64,000 bases of DNA, taken from contig OZ244048.1 in assembly GCA_965215265.1 (NCBI GenBank), positions 2,848,001-2,912,000 on the forward strand, in the 5' to 3' direction. Within the stretch, counting starts at the first letter, position 1. Each line of letters opens with the position of its first letter. The notes under the pieces are model-generated. The model was not told where the DNA came from. It worked only from the letters and a program-made list of their open reading frames with translations, and did not search any database. The position numbers and the translations under genes were made by a program. This DNA is from Candidatus Poribacteria bacterium (GTDB taxonomy: Bacteria; Poribacteria; WGA-4E; WGA-3G). This document shows positions 31,208 to 41,007 of the stretch, piece after piece.

Positions 31208-31451
31208 AAGGTTTCTACTCTGGACACTCATCGTGCTGATTTCTGCAAGTGTTTTGGGGTGTTCCGCTCCTGTCCAGCAATTATCCGAGATGGAACCTAT
31301 AGCACAGACACAACCTAATCCTCCCAAGGCTAAAACAACTTGGTACGATACGCAGACAGCAAACCATATAGCTTATGGTGTTACAGTCGTCGCTGCTGGC
31401 ATATGCCTAGGATACCTAATAGGTTCAATAATAAATTGTGCAAACAACTAA
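31203..31451 (+). CDS. Small lipoprotein with C-terminal TM
   Basis: MKRFLLWTLIVLISASVLGC lipobox; TTWY + hydrophobic helix; alternative in-frame start at 31182. Confidence 0.75.
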   Translation: MKRFLLWTLIVLISASVLGCSAPVQQLSEMEPIAQTQPNPPKAKTTWYDTQTANHIAYGVTVVAAGICLGYLIGSIINCANN

Positions 31452-31511
31452 CCCTTGTTCAGGTAGGCATAGTTTTTTTACCGATGTCTACCTGACTTCT
31501 TCTCTCATCAA

Positions 31512-32764
31512 ATGAGGAATATCCAATTGAAGTCAATAAAAAAGTTTGCCTTAAGTCTTCTAATAGTTATTGTTGTTTTTAGTTTTGCTACAGTTTTATT
31601 GTTGACCTTATTTAGGGATTTGAAGGATCCACGGCAAATGAATAAAATGGAAACAGCGGCACAGCATCTGCACCCGCACGCTGACAGCATACCTAACACC
31701 CTCACTAGGGCTTTAGAAGCAGAACAGAACACTCCGGAAAACGAAGTGGAATCTCCCACAAATGATAAAGGCGAAACGCAAGTAAAAGGTTTCCTTGAGT
31801 CTTTTAAACCTATAATAGACCTTCGAGACACAGACACCGCACTCGCGCAGAAAAAGTTGCACGCCATCGCAGAAGAACTTGGAAATGGAGACCCAGAATG
31901 GACAGAATACTTCCATCTTACAGGACACAGCCTATTGGCGCAACCCGCCGGAGAACCCCCAGGGGCATATCTGGCTCTAGAAGACGCAGTGTGTTACTTT
32001 GAACTCATAAACAAACTCTTTGGCGAAACAGAGCAAACACAGGAACAACTAAAAGAAACACGCGCACGGCTTCGGTGGAATAAGGAGACGGAAGAGGTAA
32101 ATATCAAACAGAACTGATAAAAGACCTTATCTCCTGGATGGAAGAAAACGCGTATGCTGAAGGCGAAGCAATCCTCCCCACCTATTTGGAAAAATTGAAT
32201 CAACGCGCATTACCCAAAATTCCACTGTCTGAAAATTGGCTAACCATTTCTGAGCGCGTTGATATTCACTATAACGCCTTCTTTGAAGCGCTAGAACTTC
32301 TCCTTGACGATTCTGCCACATTTCAAATGTTATCTGAAATTTCCTTAGACATGGCACACTCGCACCTTTTGCCTGAGCCGTCAGCAATCCAAGCAGAACC
32401 ATCGGAATCACAACAACCTCCTACGCATACGTGGGACATGATCCACGAGGCACCGGTTCAGGTTGGAGATCTCTCGCCAGAGTCTCCAGGGCGTTCTCCG
32501 CCCCCTCCTGCAAATCTTGCGTCCGATACGGATCCACAAATAGATTTTAAGATACTAGAAGATTTACAAAGGGAACACCCTGGACAAGAAAATTTGGAAA
32601 CCGCGCTTGAGGGACGGTTCTCACATGAGCGCTTCAACCAGGCCATGTCCATTTTGAATCAATACGGTCCCGAAGAAGGACTCCGCCGACTCAAAAACGA
32701 TGATCCAGAACTTGCCTTGCAAATTGAAAAACATCTCCAAAATGGGCAGAATAAGCGGCGATGA
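31512..32764 (+). pseudogene. Single-TM membrane-anchored hypothetical protein, frameshifted
   Basis: ORFs 31512-32117 and 32138-32764 join if one A is restored at ~32107 (ATC AAA ACA GAA CTG ATA AAA GAC CTT ATC TCC TGG ATG). Confidence 0.7.
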
Positions 32765-34290
32765 AGCCATCAACAGTGCAAAAAAAATGGGTTGGATTGT
32801 TAGAAAATAAGACACCGGCACTCTTACTTGTCTGCCTATTGTTTAGTTCTTTCTTGCTAAAACTCAACCGTCTTGGACACAGCCGTCTTGAAGGTGTGGA
32901 TGAATCCTGCCACGCCGTTGTCTCGAAAAATCTACTCAAACACCCGCTGAAGCCGACCCTGATTGATACCCCTTACCTGTATTACTTTGAAGAAGTCTGG
33001 GGGCAAAACCATGTCTGGCTCCACAAACCCACTCTCCCGCTGTGGCAGAGTGCCCTCTCCATGTGGCTTTTGGGCATCAACAGCTTCGCGTTCCGACTGC
33101 CGAGTGCAATCCTCAGCACGCTTGCTGTTTGGCTGACGTATCTCATCGGCGTTGAACTCTTGACAAAGCGCGCCGCACTTATCGCCGCCACCGCACAAGC
33201 GTTCTCATGGTTTATTATGCGCGTAACGCATGGCTACATGTTTAGCGATGTGATGGACATCTCACTATTGTTCTACTGTGAATTCGGTATTTACGGGGTC
33301 ATTCGTGCGGTCAAGACGGGGAACTGACGTTTTGTTGTTTTAGCAGGAGCCGGACAGGGATTGGCGTTCCTCTCAAAAACCTATCCCGCTTTTCTTGTGA
33401 CCGGCATCGCCCTCGCTGGATGGTTCGCCCCGTCTCTCGCTTTGGCAAAAAGGGAAGACTGTCACCTCCGCTGGCAACATATTTTAGGACTCTTAGGTGT
33501 GACAGTGCTCGTTGCAGGACCCTAGACGTTGTTTACCGCGATTGCGTATCCGATTGAATTCGAAATCTCAAACCGTGTCACCTTCTCGCATTTTACTAAG
33601 GATTTGCAAGGCTGGGGCGCGCCCTGGTATCAGGTGTTCATATACACGCGTAACATCTTGAATCTACTTACACTTCCAACTGTCATCGCTCTTTGTTGCA
33701 CACTCCCGCGTCTGTTCCGAGAACGAAACATCCATCTCTGCCTCCTTTATGCTTGGGGGTTCGGCGTGTTTCCCCCGTTTCTCGTCGCCACAACGAAAAT
33801 CCCGTGTGCCACACTTATTGGCGCACCTGCCTTACTCTTGCTATTGGGAGACTTCATCGCGCGAACCACACACCGAAAAGAGAACAGCGAGGCACGCTGG
33901 CGAGGGAGACTTCGCAAATGCTGGACGGTTTTGATACTCCTCCTATTTCTCTGCGAAACCATCGATGCATGGTGGGCAACCCGTCCAGACAAAAGCCATC
34001 TAAGTTTCTTCGAGATTGCCACTTATGTGAAAACAAAATTGCCACAAAACGCGGTCCTCCTCACCGAGGAGAATAACGATGATCCAGAACACAACAATCT
34101 TCAAATGATGTTTCTGACTTCGCACACAGCCTATCCGTATTACTCCGAAAATGCATGGCGAAAATTAGCCAAACGGATTCGACACCGCGGCGGTATCCCT
34201 TACATTCTCACCTTCCGTGAATTGAACCTACCTGTTATCTTCAAAAGCGGTACAGATGGAGTCACCATTTATTCTACATCACCCACATGA
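32761..34290 (+). pseudogene. ArnT/PMT-like GT-C glycosyltransferase with two in-frame stops
   Basis: DES, HKPTLPLW, FRLPSA, FLSK motifs; one frame throughout, broken by TGA 33325-33327 and TAG 33523-33525 (both plausibly Trp TGG). Confidence 0.82.
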
Positions 34291-34345
34291 GTTCAAAAAC
34301 GGATGAACCCCCTGAAGACCACGAAGACAGGAACGAGAAACCCCA

Positions 34346-34996
34346 ATGAAAAAAACTGTCACCCGGTTCATGAAAACACGGAAAAACTCACACAGCGTGA
34401 AGTATCCAAGAAAACCGTTAGATGAGATTCTCGAATACCTACGCTTTACAAAGGTTGAGCCTTACATTCCAAAAGGCGTGCGTCTGTTAGATATTGGCAC
34501 CGGCGATGGACACTTTTTACACTACCTCAACGGGCACATCCACACCGCAGTCGGGATAGACCCGTATCTCTCTGAATCCACGAAAATCGGCAGCTACTAC
34601 CTCATCTCCGGTGCTTTCCCAGAAGACTTTGATTCAGACATTACCTTTGATGTGATTACCATATTAGCTGCACTTGAGCACATCCCCCATCATCGACTCC
34701 CTTGTGTTGTCAGCGCCTGTGCAAAATACCTGAAAACTGGAGGACAGGTCATTCTCACCGTCCCACATCCACGCGTGGACAGCATCCTGAAGCTGCTGAC
34801 GTATCTCCGGGTCTTTGTCGGATTTTCGACACATCAGCATCATGGATTCAACCCCGAATGTCTCCCAACCCTGTTCAACGGCTGGATACTTGTGAAAAAA
34901 CAACGCTGGGAACTCGGATGTAATTACCTCTTTATCTTTGAAAAACCGGCGAAGAAAGAGAATGAAATGGAAGGAATCCCCACGCAGGCATGTTAG
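34346..34996 (+). CDS. Class I SAM-dependent methyltransferase
   Basis: LLDIGTGDG, FDVIT, LEHI, LKTGGQVILTVP motifs. Confidence 0.88.
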   Translation: MKKTVTRFMKTRKNSHSVKYPRKPLDEILEYLRFTKVEPYIPKGVRLLDIGTGDGHFLHYLNGHIHTAVGIDPYLSESTKIGSYYLISGAFPEDFDSDITFDVITILAALEHIPHHRLPCVVSACAKYLKTGGQVILTVPHPRVDSILKLLTYLRVFVGFSTHQHHGFNPECLPTLFNGWILVKKQRWELGCNYLFIFEKPAKKENEMEGIPTQAC

Positions 34997-35549
34997 ATTC
35001 AGCTCCAAACAACTTATCACACGCACTCAACACGGCGACACCGAAGCGTCCCATCGCCTCGTTAGCAAATACCACCCCCGGCTGTATACTCACATCAACC
35101 GCCGTGTCAAAGAACCCGAGCTTGCCAAAGACTTGACACAAGAAACCTGGCTGAAAGCATTTCGCGCCATCCACACCTTCCGCGGGGACGCGGCGTTCTA
35201 TTCCTGGGTGTATCGCATCGCAGAGAACGTCATAACGAACTTTTTCCGTAAATAGACGCACGCCAGCGAGGCATACCGCCTTACCGAGACACATCCTTCT
35301 CCGTGTCAAGACCTGCTGCGAAAAGAACTCCGCCTTCAGATTCAGGTTGCCATCGAACACCTCACCCCGATGCGGAAACAGGTCTTCTGCCTCTATTATA
35401 GGGATGAGCTGTCTATCAAAGCAATAGCAGCGCGTTTAAGACGTTCCGAAGGCACTATCAAAACCCATCTGCGCACTGCCCGGCTCCAGCTCCAAGCGTC
35501 CCTGACCCCTTATCTGAACAATGTAGACACCGACATCTTAGGTAGGTGA
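34962..35549 (+). pseudogene. ECF sigma factor (RpoE-like) with in-frame TAG
   Basis: DLTQETWLKAF, FYSWVYRIA region 2; TAG at 35253-35255; same frame continues 98 codons with LSIKAIAARLRRSEGTIKTHL region 4. Confidence 0.85.
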
Positions 35550-35852
35550 AACCTGCGCCACCTTTGGAATTGCAGCATGACGCAGTCGCCCGGCAACCCG
35601 GACAAAAGCCCGGAGACGGAGCTCGCTGTGAAGATTAAGTGCTGCCAACGCTGTGAGTCAGATTGCCGGGCAGACAACTTCAGAAAGGCATTCGGTAGCT
35701 TGTGTGGGAGGCAGGTTCACTTCGTTCTTCTGAATTTGTTCCGACGAGAATTGGAAAGATGAGCATGATACCGCCTGTATCTTGATAAGACGTTAGGCTG
35801 GCTACAAATGGCAAAATCTCGGTGGCAGAAGATTTGGCAGCGTGTCTGCGAA

Positions 35853-36145
35853 CTTTTTCGTATAGTGCAGCCCATCAACGCATGATGTGTTGTCAATCAC
35901 TGTGTACATCTCGCCAGAGGGTTCTGATGCTATGATTCAAAACATCGGAAACCTCCGACGAGATTTATGCTAAGGTTATCAAAGCATAGAGCGGTAATAG
36001 GCTCCTATAGACAAAAGAACGAGATTTGTGCTTAGGTTTACATTGCAGCCATCGGTGTTGGGCTGCATCATACAAAAGAACGAGATTTGTACAGGATTTA
36101 ACATAGTAGCCTTTAACGTGCTGCCGTATACGAAAGAACGAGCAG
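35853..36145. repeat. Array of degenerate ~61-bp units (1 inverted + 3 direct) around a hairpin
   Basis: ACGAG(ATTT) at 35958, 36019, 36080, 36138 (periods 61, 61, 58); inverted unit 35853-35913. Confidence 0.75.
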
Positions 36146-36199
36146 CCTTAACGCAATTCAAGCTGCTTCAGATTTATCCCTTTTTTGGAGAAAAAAGGT

Positions 36200-36430
36200 G
36201 AATGTATGTTCACTTTCGTTGATTTGTTGAAGTTAAGGTGGAAGATGTGATAAGATGAGTCACGTCTCCTAGGAATTGAGAGGTGTGCCGAGGATGTCAC
36301 TAGCAATCCTTATTTTGTGACACTCTTGGGGTTAGCACATTATAGGGACGGATTGCCCAGAACGCAAAACACGCAGACAGAAATCTACCTTTGCCTTCCA
36401 GATAGCAATCCCCCGAAATATAAAGGAGAA
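36200..36430 (+). repeat. Conserved promoter + structured leader, copy 2
   Basis: See 30467-30697; offset 5733 nt with no indels up to the ATG. Confidence 0.93.
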
Positions 36431-36436
36431 CATGAA

Positions 36437-36754
36437 ATGAAAATGTCTTTGTGCCAGATGATTGCGATTGTCTGTATCTTCGCAGTGGGATTCATGGCGG
36501 TTACACCGTTTTTGCTACAAGATGCCTATGGGGGCGCAGATCAGTATGATTATGATGCTTATAAGGTGTACTCTTGGGCAACTGGTGAGTTTATTGGTTA
36601 TTACATCGTAAGCGGTGGTTTGACATATACAGATCACTATAACTACTACCATTACCCCGGTAGTGAGGTAACAGCATGGGAGCACCGCCTGGCTTGGCCG
36701 AATGGGCATAGCACGAATGTCAATATGAACATTCTCGGTGTACGGTACTGGTAG
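36437..36754 (+). CDS. Secreted Tyr/His-rich small protein (105 aa)
   Basis: ATG after AAGGAG; MKMSLCQMIAIVCIF signal peptide homologous to that of the 30704 gene. Confidence 0.8.
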   Translation: MKMSLCQMIAIVCIFAVGFMAVTPFLLQDAYGGADQYDYDAYKVYSWATGEFIGYYIVSGGLTYTDHYNYYHYPGSEVTAWEHRLAWPNGHSTNVNMNILGVRYW

Positions 36755-36833
36755 GATTGATGTCCCATTGAAACAGGTCAGAAGCGCGACACCTCGGTTT
36801 GCGTTTCTGACCTAGATCAGAGGAGATTCATTC

Positions 36834-37519
36834 ATGAAAGTTTTGATAGTCACTACATGTTTAATATACGTTATACTTTTCGGGCTTATTCTCTATATGC
36901 ACTACGATACCAAGGCAATCCTCCAAAACTTGCCGCAGCCACCTATCCCGCAACGCGAAGTAGTTTCAGAAGAAAAAATACCAAGCGAAGTGAGAACTCC
37001 TTTCCATCAAGCAGAACAGACCTTAGAGGAGACCTTGCCAGTTACCCACACCCATGGCGATTCTCACGAGCAGACCGATTCTCATGGACACACACATCAC
37101 CACAACTCACTTGTGGAGCCAACGCCTTCTTTGGAATCTGATGTCGCACAACACACCGAAGAACCCGTTGAAGCCCCCCAAGTGGGGGGCAACTGCCCCC
37201 TGGTGTGGTGGCATGGAAAAGTGTAGGGCCAAATGGAACATTAGAGGTAGATAGGGAGGCTTTCCTTGCTGAGTTTGGAAATCATCCGAAAGCTCATACA
37301 TATTTAGTGTTACATAGAAAAATAAACATGGCTGACTCCTACACATACAGAGATATATACGAGTATATGGCGTTGGAGAAAGAGTTCACGCAGGATCCGA
37401 ATATATTGCCATCACACTTAGAAATGATGAGACAGAACGCGATAAAAAACCCTGATGGAAAACTTCCATCTTGGCGGTCACTGAAAAATAATCCGAATAT
37501 TAGGATAATAGAAAAATAA
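36834..37519 (+). pseudogene. Single-TM His-rich membrane-anchored protein, frameshifted in a C6/G6 tract
   Basis: ORFs 36834-37226 and 37205-37519 overlap; frame switches within gccccccaagtggggggc (~37173-37190). Confidence 0.65.
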
Positions 37520-37592
37520 TCGAAAAATCAAAGCCGAAAAACTCTCCGGTGCAGTGCCGGCAGAGTTGTCCCTATCACTGACTGGATTGACG

Positions 37593-38735
37593 ATGAAAAG
37601 TCTGAAGCCAACGAATAAGAGGATTGTTTTCTTGCAGTTGCGAAAATCAGTGATACTGTGTGCGATTCTGTGTATTGCCTTCTGGATTCGCATCCTGAGT
37701 GTAGACACTATTCCAGATAAACATTTTACTGGGATAGATCCTTATCTCTATTATTGGCAAGCACAAATTATTTCTGAACATGGACAACTTCCAGAACGCG
37801 ACATGCACCGCTGGTTACCGCTCGGTAGAGATTTGGAGCAATCCTTAAATCTTTATTCTTATGCCCTCGCTTACACATATAAAGCCTTGGCTTTGCTTTT
37901 TCCGAAACTTTTGCTGTATCATGTAGCCTTTTACGCACCGTCTGTCTGTTTTTGCATCGGGCTCGGCGTGCTTTGTCTGTTTCTCTCCCGGGGTTTCGGA
38001 TTTCTCTTTTCGGTCATCGTGGGTGTGCTCTTAGCAACGCTCCCAGGTGCTATTCACCGCAGTACCGTTGGATTTAGCGACAGAGATGCTTGGTGTCTAA
38101 TGCTCGGTATCTTCGCTGTTGGTACCTATCTTGCTTCGCTGAAATCACAACATAAACGCCAACGCCTGATATGGACGCTTACAAGTGGCGTTTTAATGTT
38201 CCTCGGGGGCCTGTCTTGGGAAGGCTTCGGTGTTTTTCTGAGCGTCATCATTGTTGTGGAACTCTACCGGTTTCTGACATCCGAAACAGAGGAAGGACTT
38301 TATCTTTATCTGTTGTGGGTGCTAACCTTCGTCCCGACACTTTACCTCGTTTCCCCTGCCTATCGGAGCGGATACGGTTTTGCAGAACACCTCTTTGCAT
38401 TTATGCTCGTGATGCCAATTGTGGTTTTCGCCATCCGCGCACTCCGGCATCTTCTCCTCTCAAAAGCGAAAAAACTCCACGCCCATGCCCGCACCCTCTC
38501 GCTGACAGAGTGGGTTGTGACGGAGGCGTTGGAGCGGTTGATGCGAGGACGGACATCGTTTGTTATCGCACATCGGTTGTCTACCGTGCTGAATGCGGAT
38601 GTGATTCTGGCCGTGGAAGGCGGCAACATTGTGGAACAAGGCACACATCAGGAGTTGCTGAATCAAGGTGGGCTCTATGCCCGGTTGTATCACTTACAAT
38701 TTGCGGCACCTGCTGGCTACTCAAAAGAGCAATAA
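37593..38735 (+). pseudogene. STT3/AglB-like oligosaccharyltransferase N-terminal half fused to an ABC-ATPase C-terminal fragment
   Basis: [26 protein letters not shown]3-like motifs; from ~38504 [21 protein letters not shown]...GTHQELL (ABC H-loop, no Walker A/B). Confidence 0.75.
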
Positions 38736-38778
38736 CCGGTTCAAAGATGGACGATGAACACCGGAATTACCAATTCTT

Positions 38779-39636
38779 TCAAACAACGTCCCCGCTATCT
38801 CCACTTAACCACTGCTGAACTCGTCTCAACTTATCAGTCGCTATTTGCACAACATGCGAATCTGCTGGAAAATCCCCTGACTCTACATCAGCCTTATAGC
38901 GGCAGATCGCCTCAAAGGTCAGTTCGTTGTAATCCTGATATCGTGTGGCATGCTTGAATGCAGGTCCCATACCGAGTATATCATTTATAACAAGTACCTG
39001 CCCATCACAGAATCGCCCGGCTCCGATACCGATAGTCGGGATGCGAATCCTTTCAGTGATGATACGGCTCACTTCTTCGGTGACTTTTTCAAGGACGATG
39101 AGTTTAGCACCAGCCTCAGCCAATGTCAACGCGGTCTCAATGATTCGTTTTGCCCCGGATACGGTTGTGCCGTGCATAGACGCTTTCCTACCGTGAATTT
39201 GTGGATTATGCCCGATATGCCCGCAAACCTCAATGCCTGCTTCCGTTAAGGCGTTGACAATGCGCGATTTTTCGCGTCCTCCTTCTAATTTAACACCATC
39301 TGCACCGTGCGATAAAAAAAGCCGGGCGTTCTCCACCGCCTGCGCGGGGTGGCTGTGCGAATCATACGGCATGTCAATAAGTAGATAGGCATCGGTTACG
39401 CCCCGGCGCACCGCTTTGAGATGATGCAACATATCCGCTATGGTCACCTCTACCTCACTTTTATAGCCGAGGACGTTGGTGCCAACACTATCACCAACAA
39501 AGACGATGTCAATCCCTGCTTTATCCTGCAAGCAGGCTGTCGGATAATCGTAGCAGGTTAGCATGGTAATGGGTTCACGTCGCTGTTTTTTTGCGAGCAA
39601 GGAACCGAACTCTTTCTTCAAAGGTTTTCTCCACAA
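38779..39636 (-). CDS. panB: 3-methyl-2-oxobutanoate hydroxymethyltransferase
   Basis: MLTCYD, VGDSVG, VKLEGG, TIGIGAG, DGQVLV motifs. Confidence 0.93.
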   Translation of the reverse strand: MWRKPLKKEFGSLLAKKQRREPITMLTCYDYPTACLQDKAGIDIVFVGDSVGTNVLGYKSEVEVTIADMLHHLKAVRRGVTDAYLLIDMPYDSHSHPAQAVENARLFLSHGADGVKLEGGREKSRIVNALTEAGIEVCGHIGHNPQIHGRKASMHGTTVSGAKRIIETALTLAEAGAKLIVLEKVTEEVSRIITERIRIPTIGIGAGRFCDGQVLVINDILGMGPAFKHATRYQDYNELTFEAICRYKADVESGDFPADSHVVQIATDKLRRVQQWLSGDSGDVV

Positions 39637-39676
39637 TCAACTATTGGCGTGAGAAGAAACTATAAAACAATTTTTT

Positions 39677-39904
39677 TTGTATACAGGAGGCCCAATAAAG
39701 GCGGCTGCTCTGTTAAATCCTGTACAAATCTCGCCAGAGGGTTCTGATGTTATGAATCTATACATCAAAATCTATAGATCGGCAGGTAAAAGGTTATCTT
39801 ATCTGCCAGCGGTGGCTCCCACCCGCCCAACTCCAAGGTATTCCTAGTGGGCGGGCACCATACCTAACCTGCCACATCAATCAGTATTGGGCTCCTGTAT
39901 ACAA
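39677..39904. repeat. Palindromic element related to 35853-36145
   Basis: Terminal inverted repeat 39677-39697 / 39885-39904; 22 nt (39728-39749) identical to 35908-35929; internal hairpins. Confidence 0.78.
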
Positions 39905-40042
39905 GAAAACATTCAGCCCGCTGGGGCTGCTCTGATGTGTTTTTTCCGTGTGTTCCGATTCGGTGTCAAACTCTCAGGAAAATAGAAAATTCTTGAAAAG
40001 TCAATCTGAAACGGACATAAACTGTCCAAAGATTAGATTAAA

Positions 40043-40912
40043 TTAGGACAACACTTGTGCGACGGTTTGCCCAATCGTCGCGAGGCTTTCAGCGACTAGA
40101 ATACCAGCTTCCTTAAGTGCCACGATTTTCTCTGCCGCCGTCCCTTTGCCGCCAGAGATAATAGCACCGGCATGTCCCATCCGCTTTCCGGGTGGTGCAG
40201 TCTGTCCGGCGATAAATCCGACAACAGGCTTTGTCATGTTATCCTTGACGAACTGTGCCGCGGTTTCTTCAGTCGAGCCCCCGATTTCCCCAATTAATAC
40301 TACAGCGTATGTTTCGTCATCTGCCTCAAAAAGTTGAAGTACCTCGACGAAATTTGTCCCGATAACCGGATCTCCGCCAATACCAACGCAAGTAGACTGC
40401 CCAATGCCGAGCTGCTTGAGTTGATAGGCTGCCTCATAAGTCAACGTTCCACTTCGAGAAACAATTCCGACGTTACCAGGACTATATGCAAATGCGGGCA
40501 TCACCCCAATCTTGCATTCACCGGGGGTAATGATACCGGGGCAGTTCGGCCCGATGAGCCGGGTCGATTTAGTCGCCAGAAATGCCTTCACCTTAACCAT
40601 ATCAAGCACCGGAATGTGCTCTGAGATACAGACGCTAAGCCCAACGCCTGCATCTGCTGCTTCCATCACTGAATCCGCGGCGAAACGCGCTGGAACAAGA
40701 ATCATAGATGCATCTGCACCTGTTTCCGCTACGGCTTCTCCTACTGTATCATAGACAGGGATACCATCAACCTCAGAGCCACCCCTGCCCGGCACAGCCC
40801 CGGCCACAACTTGCGTACCATACGCAGCACACTGCTCAGTATGAAACCGTCCGGAACTACCAGTAATCCCCTGAACGACGACTTTTGTGTTTTTGTTAAC
40901 AAGTATGCTCAT
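40043..40912 (-). CDS. sucD: Succinyl-CoA synthetase alpha subunit
   Basis: [30 protein letters not shown] motifs. Confidence 0.96.
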   Translation of the reverse strand: MSILVNKNTKVVVQGITGSSGRFHTEQCAAYGTQVVAGAVPGRGGSEVDGIPVYDTVGEAVAETGADASMILVPARFAADSVMEAADAGVGLSVCISEHIPVLDMVKVKAFLATKSTRLIGPNCPGIITPGECKIGVMPAFAYSPGNVGIVSRSGTLTYEAAYQLKQLGIGQSTCVGIGGDPVIGTNFVEVLQLFEADDETYAVVLIGEIGGSTEETAAQFVKDNMTKPVVGFIAGQTAPPGKRMGHAGAIISGGKGTAAEKIVALKEAGILVAESLATIGQTVAQVLS

Positions 40913-41007
40913 AGATTTAAGTTAGCAAGGGATTCCCAATAAACTGAAAATCCGTCCATCTCACGTGTAGAAAACCCACCTCTGCTGCGCTGCGATTCAG
41001 ACAATTA

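Noticed and set aside
33325-33327. In-frame TGA in the GT-C gene as selenocysteine
   Set aside because: No Cys-motif context and no downstream hairpin; a second (TAG) stop follows; both fit TGG(Trp) nonsense mutations
33523-35255. In-frame TAG codons as pyrrolysine or recoding
   Set aside because: TAG is a normal stop for many genes here (e.g. hemH, first PhyH), no pyl genes are seen, and neighbours carry frameshifts
35908-35964. Hammerhead ribozyme (CTGATG...GAAA) or retron msr-msd
   Set aside because: Core is CTGATGC/T rather than CUGAUGA and is itself base-paired; no reverse transcriptase in the window
35958-36145. 61-bp periodic units as a CRISPR array
   Set aside because: Repeats too degenerate, inter-repeat parts mutually similar, an inverted copy is present, and there are no cas genes in the window
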